Part shown: positions 47,716-52,304 of the stretch, one piece after another
Position numbering within the stretch: position 1 is the stretch's first letter
Layout: every line of letters starts with the position of its first letter
From: a virus
Lineage: Duplodnaviria; Caudoviricetes
Length of the DNA: 52,304 bases
Direction: 5' to 3' (one strand)
IMG/VR virus record: IMGVR_UViG_3300020197_000033
Coordinates: 1 to 52,304 of that record
The notes under the pieces: model-generated
The model's database searches: none
What the model was told of the DNA's origin: nothing
The model's input: the letters and a program-made list of their open reading frames with translations, nothing else
Translations under genes and position numbers: made by a program

Positions 47716-48894
47716 ATGAAGTTTCGTCCACACCAAATTCGTATTGATGCAAAGATGCAGGAATACGACAAGGGACAAATTATTTCTCCTACTGGTAGTG
47801 GAAAAACACCGAATATGTTCTTTGATGCCAAACGTCAATTTCAGTCAGAAACTCCTCAGACTGTTGTAGTTGTTGCTCCTCGCATTTTGCTTGCGGAGCA
47901 GTTGTCTTCTGAGTTTCTGGAACACATTACCAACGCAGAAGTTTTGCACGTTCATAGTGGTGAAACTCATCACGTTAGCACTACTAACCCCGCTGACATT
48001 GTGGTTCACGCTGGTATGTGTGCTGCTGCAGGTCTTCATCAGTTGATCTTCACTACTTACAACTCTCTGAATCGTATTCAAGAGGCAGAGATTGATGTAG
48101 ATACAATTTACTTTGACGAAGCACACAACAGTGTTCAGCGACACTTTTTCCCCGCAACCAAACACTTCTCCGAGAAGGCAAAACGGTGTTATTTCTTCAC
48201 TGCAACTCCAAAACATTCTCTTGCTTTTGATAAACCTGGGATGAATCATCCTGAAGTTTATGGTGAGGTTTTGTGTAAAGTTCCTGCACCCGAACTTGTT
48301 GAAAATGGTTATATTCTCCCCCCTAAAGTTGTAGTAAAGCAACTACCCATGATTAAGGGAAAACAGGTCATTTTCTCTCGTGACAGTGACAATCTAATTG
48401 AAACTATTGATGAGCAGAAAGTCAAAAAGATTCTTGTCTGTGCTCGTACCACCAAACAAATTGTAGGATTGATTTCGGAATCTGATTTCTGTTCACAGTT
48501 GTATGTCCGTGGGTATTCTTGGATGGTGATTACATCTAAGACTGGTCCTATTATTGATGGTAAGAAAGTAAATCGTGAGGAGTTCTTTGAGACTCTGAAC
48601 GCATGGGGTAAGGATGAATCTAAAAAGTTTGTTGTGATTCATCACAGTATCCTATCTGAGGGTATCAATGTGTCTGGACTGGAGGCAGTTCTGTTCATGC
48701 GTAACATGGATTACATCGGTATCAGTCAAACTATTGGACGTGTAATTCGTCTTGGTAGTTCACAGAAAAAGTTTGGACTTGTCTGTATTCCTGTCTATGA
48801 TAATGTGGGTATCAGTACATCTCGCAAAGTTCAATCTGTTGTTGATATTATCTTCGAACAAGGAGAACCTGCCATTTCTGTGATCAAACGGTAG
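47716..48894 (+). CDS. Superfamily 2 helicase (DEAH, ResIII-like)
   Basis: PTGSGKT, FDEAH, FTATP, ILSEGIN, QTIGRVIR. Confidence 0.92.
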   Translation: MKFRPHQIRIDAKMQEYDKGQIISPTGSGKTPNMFFDAKRQFQSETPQTVVVVAPRILLAEQLSSEFLEHITNAEVLHVHSGETHHVSTTNPADIVVHAGMCAAAGLHQLIFTTYNSLNRIQEAEIDVDTIYFDEAHNSVQRHFFPATKHFSEKAKRCYFFTATPKHSLAFDKPGMNHPEVYGEVLCKVPAPELVENGYILPPKVVVKQLPMIKGKQVIFSRDSDNLIETIDEQKVKKILVCARTTKQIVGLISESDFCSQLYVRGYSWMVITSKTGPIIDGKKVNREEFFETLNAWGKDESKKFVVIHHSILSEGINVSGLEAVLFMRNMDYIGISQTIGRVIRLGSSQKKFGLVCIPVYDNVGISTSRKVQSVVDIIFEQGEPAISVIKR

Positions 48895-48898
48895 AATG

Positions 48899-48970
48899 TA
48901 TGGGAATGAGATGCGCCCTAAAGACACTCAATGTTTCTCAATGTATTTTTAATTGAAAGGAGAATCACTC
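48899..48970 (+). repeat. 72-nt leader repeat, copy 2
   Basis: Direct repeat of 46549-46620, ending immediately before ATG 48971. Confidence 0.9.
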
Positions 48971-49549
48971 ATGAGCAACTATTACAATTCCCTGTCCAAG
49001 TTTTCTAAAGACTGGACAGTTTATTGCGAGAAAACCTATCGCAATCTTCGGGCAAATGCCATCTCTTGGCGTTCTAGTGCCGAATGGGATCGTGCTATCA
49101 CCAGAGATTTCTATCTTGGAGTATTCGACTCTGGCAATCCCAATCCTACTGGATACATCAGTGAAGAGGCACTAAGTAACAAATTATCATCAAAGAAGAC
49201 AGTGCAAGATCACTGTTTCTCTCCACAATTTATTGGACGAATGGTGATGGATAATCAGGAGATTTATCTGTCTGATTATGAAAAATTCAAATCAGTCTTT
49301 TGGTATGCTTGCAGCACTATTGTGGTAGTGCAAAAGGAGAATGAAGACCTTTCCAATCTTACCATCAATGATGAGAATGGGTACAGGATTCTAGTTCCTA
49401 CCAACAAAAAGTACAACCATTTGGGAATCAATCTTTACAAAAGATTTCCAGGCAAAACTCGTTGGAAGTATTCTATTCCTGAAGAAACTAACATTCTAGA
49501 TGTTCCTGAGGAACTTCTGCAGTACGAAAAACAGTATCTAGTTGCATGA
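48971..49549 (+). CDS. Hypothetical protein (weak His-Me/HNH-like DH..P motif)
   Basis: AAGGAG RBS; VQDHCFSPQ...IVVVQKENEDL. Confidence 0.75.
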   Translation: MSNYYNSLSKFSKDWTVYCEKTYRNLRANAISWRSSAEWDRAITRDFYLGVFDSGNPNPTGYISEEALSNKLSSKKTVQDHCFSPQFIGRMVMDNQEIYLSDYEKFKSVFWYACSTIVVVQKENEDLSNLTINDENGYRILVPTNKKYNHLGINLYKRFPGKTRWKYSIPEETNILDVPEELLQYEKQYLVA

Positions 49550-49941
49550 ACTTTCCTGATACCACTATACTTCACCCCGATCATCCACCATCGGGATTTG
49601 TTACTCCAGACTGGCAGTTTGCTGCTGTACCCTACGGCAATGAGTATATCATTATTGCTGATGGGAAACAACTTGAGTTGTGCCACAGTCGTGAACTTGC
49701 CTGTATTCGATTAGAACAATTAAAAAACTCGCATCGAACCCGCAAGGGAGGTACTAGGACTCCCGTAAAACAGAATTGCAAGAAAAAGGCGAAAACGCCT
49801 AGTGGTGGCAAGGGATCTAAAACCAGAGATCCCAGTATTTCCAGTGATACCACCAAAAATGCCAAATCCAATCCTGGTAAAAAACCAATAACAGAAGTGT
49901 CCACTATACTCTCAAATCCTCTTCTTGATGCATTATCATAA
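49546..49941 (+). CDS. Hypothetical protein with basic tail
   Basis: ORF track; ATGA overlap. Confidence 0.65.
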   Translation: MNFPDTTILHPDHPPSGFVTPDWQFAAVPYGNEYIIIADGKQLELCHSRELACIRLEQLKNSHRTRKGGTRTPVKQNCKKKAKTPSGGKGSKTRDPSISSDTTKNAKSNPGKKPITEVSTILSNPLLDALS

Positions 49942-49952
49942 AATAGTTGGAG

Positions 49953-50858
49953 ATGACAATGACTACTAAAATCAAACGGGTTTCTGTGATTCCTGTTTCT
50001 AACAAAGCAAAGAATAGGTTTCATAATATGATGGACCTGTTTCATACATGTACTGTAGAACAAGAAAAAAAGATTGACGGTGTTCCTCACATGTATCTGG
50101 TTTCTCTAAATCGACAGTATCATTTTTGGGTTCCCACTGCGGGAAATGAACACTGGAAAATTGAAAAGTAATGGCATTAGAAGTTCGGTCAATTCTCATC
50201 GACGAATCTCAACTTCATATGTTGAGAACTCTCATTCAGGCAGAAGTAAAGTATGCCATAGAAGTAGAGAAACAGTCAGAGAGTGTTAATGACCAGAAAG
50301 AGATATGCGACATTGTTTTCAATAATTTACTTACAACAATAATATGATTGAAATGTTCCACAAACCCCCAAATGGTTATCACTATGAGCAGGAAAAAAAT
50401 TACAAACGTAATACTACTGCTATTTGGTTGCATCACCATAAACGGTACGATTACAACCTTGGGAAACCAGTTAAAACCATCTGGGGATTTTACAACACCA
50501 AAACCAGGAACTTCCACGCCCCAGTTAATAGTCAGACAGTGGGTAGTGTAGTTGACATTGGCGATACTACACCCTATACTGCTATGCCTATCAAACAAAG
50601 TCCATTGGAAAAGTTTTTCGTATGAATTACACTGAACATATTCGTGATTACAATTTAGACTTGCTCGATATAACCTTTTCCGATAGGATTGACAAACTAA
50701 TTGAAGAGAAACGATTTGCTGATGCAGATGCAATCGTTGAAGAAGTTATTATCACAAAAGGAGAGGATCCAAGTTTTTATGATACAATTTTTATGGCAGA
50801 TTTGACTTCCTATAATGATGAAGATTTGTCTCAACTGAGATTCCATGTGACAGATTGA
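49953..50858 (+). other. Four small hypothetical ORFs (49953-50171, 50171-50347, 50344-50625, 50622-50858)
   Basis: Coupled start/stop overlaps; ORF track and hand translation. Confidence 0.7.
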
Positions 50859-50928
50859 CAACTGTCCACTACCCATTGCTTTCTCGGTCCTTTCCTGCAA
50901 TACTATAAGAGTCAAACAAACAAACGAC

Positions 50929-51339
50929 ATGGCAACCCGTTCTCGCATTGGTATTCAACTCGCAGACGATTCTGTTCTCTCAGTGTATTGCCACTGGGAT
51001 GGTTACCCTGACTTCAATGGTGTCAAACTTCAGCAACATTTCAACACTCGTGAGAAGGTTGCTGAGTTGATTGATGGTGGTGACATGAGTTGTCTGTGGA
51101 CAAATGCTGGTTGGCAGAATGAAACTCTGCCTGAATCTGGTCCTCTTTACTATTCTTCTCGTGGTGAAACTCGTCTTCCTCGTCATGACAACAACATGAC
51201 TGAGTATCTCACTCAAGATGCAGAAGAGTATGCGTATCTCTATACCACCGACGGAGAGTGGTTGTGTTATGATACCTGTCAGTGGCACGATGTAACTTAT
51301 CTTGAAAGGGTAGAGATTCCTCAAGAGGTAGCAGCATGA
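50929..51339 (+). CDS. Conserved hypothetical phage protein
   Basis: MATRSRIG...SVYCHWDGYP...EEYAYLY. Confidence 0.85.
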   Translation: MATRSRIGIQLADDSVLSVYCHWDGYPDFNGVKLQQHFNTREKVAELIDGGDMSCLWTNAGWQNETLPESGPLYYSSRGETRLPRHDNNMTEYLTQDAEEYAYLYTTDGEWLCYDTCQWHDVTYLERVEIPQEVAA

Positions 51340-51497
51340 AATACTATCTCTTCTTTACTGTTCTCTTTGGTTTGATGTTAGGGTGGCAAGCATTCCTTGT
51401 CACCAGGGATAACAAAATGTTTGAGGGTTACCAGAACCGTCAAGAACAAATCTGCCGAGAGATGAAATCCTTTCACCCTGATTGTCACATAGAATGA
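51336..51497 (+). CDS. 53-aa hypothetical membrane peptide
   Basis: MKYYLFFTVLFGLMLGWQAFL...; GAGG RBS. Confidence 0.6.
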   Translation: MKYYLFFTVLFGLMLGWQAFLVTRDNKMFEGYQNRQEQICREMKSFHPDCHIE

Positions 51498-51697
51498 AAT
51501 GGAAAACAAACAAACAAAAAAGGAATTGCAATCAATAACAAATCCCATTAAAAGACATTTAGAGTTCTTAAATGAACTTCGAGTTGATCTACGAAAAAAT
51601 AAAAAATGGAAACGATTGCATCAAAAATATAGCAAATAAATGCGATCACTGCAATTATACATAATTTACAACCTGATGTGGAAACCAGTTAGGAAAA

Positions 51698-51868
51698 ATG
51701 TATCATCTTAATGTTACGTTGACACAAGAACAACGATCTCTTCTCAATGATGCTCTCTATTTCTATAGTGAGATGTTTGCATCCGATCCTATTGATGCAG
51801 ATAAAGTAACAAATGCTGTAGAAGAGTTAGAGGATCTTATTGACAATCATTGCGAAACTATTGAATGA
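51698..51868 (+). CDS. 56-aa hypothetical protein
   Basis: MYHLNVTLTQEQRSLLNDAL...; AGGA RBS. Confidence 0.6.
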   Translation: MYHLNVTLTQEQRSLLNDALYFYSEMFASDPIDADKVTNAVEELEDLIDNHCETIE

Positions 51869-51918
51869 TGTGACACTTGATGAAGTGTCACAGGGGGACT
51901 TGCGTTCCCCCTTTTTTT
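51869..51918 (+). promoter_or_regulatory. Perfect inverted repeat plus overlapping terminator/promoter
   Basis: TGTGACACTT-GATG-AAGTGTCACA then AGGGGGA...TCCCCT hairpin and T run. Confidence 0.7.
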
Positions 51919-51934
51919 ATGCAATGATAACAGT

Positions 51935-52304
51935 ATGAAGAACACCCATCTAGAACATCCCGAAGATTCTGTACTACTGGGCAAGAAATCTGTTCAGCAA
52001 GTTATCAAGTTTCTTCGTGAGCGTAATTCTACTGTCAGTGTGAAATACGATGGTGCTCCTGCTATTGTATTCGGCACATGTCCTGAGACTGGTAAGAAGT
52101 TTGTGGGTACAAAAAGTGTATTCAACAAAGTCAAAGTGAAGGTCAATTATACTCATGCTGACATCGAGAAGAATCATAGCAACAACGAAAAAGTTGCTGC
52201 AATCTTACATACCTGTCTTGAGACATTGCCGTGGGTGGAAGGGATTCATCAGTGTGATTTTATTGGTTATGGTGGTAAAAACACTTTTACGCCCAATACT
52301 ATCA
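51935..52304 (+). CDS. DUF6267-like protein, truncated by the window end
   Basis: MKNTHLEHPED...SVKYDGAPAIVFG..PETGKKFVGTKSVFNK; open to the end. Confidence 0.8.
   Translation, partial: MKNTHLEHPEDSVLLGKKSVQQVIKFLRERNSTVSVKYDGAPAIVFGTCPETGKKFVGTKSVFNKVKVKVNYTHADIEKNHSNNEKVAAILHTCLETLPWVEGIHQCDFIGYGGKNTFTPNTI

Noticed and set aside
46549-48970. Possible CRISPR array or IS ends
   Set aside because: Only two direct copies 2.35 kb apart, no spacer periodicity, no cas or transposase gene

Overview
This window is a 52-kb segment of a T4-like cyanophage (cyanomyovirus) genome, probably infecting a picocyanobacterium (Synechococcus/Cyanobium type). In order it carries: a glutamine-riboswitch-like leader with small YRG-motif peptides; many small hypothetical ORFs plus PTOX and glutaredoxin; thyX, phoH, an exonuclease, g33, g59 and g32; a baseplate/tail module (g53, g48, g2, g4, g54-like, g26, g51, two long muralytic proteins, hub, cp12, g5); an RNA-gene cluster with five tRNAs and a circularly permuted two-piece tmRNA; a carbamoyltransferase; a 2248-aa tail-fibre-like protein; several 2OG-Fe(II) oxygenases; and a variable early-gene region. 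The most unusual signals are non-coding: (1) the permuted tmRNA, (2) a 52-codon ORF looped out inside a riboswitch-like stem, (3) a duplicated 72-nt structured leader in front of two unrelated genes, (4) a candidate short RNA complementary to the host Yfr1 motif, and (5) two families of palindromic operator-promoter units. All family assignments are from motif recognition by eye; no searches were run.
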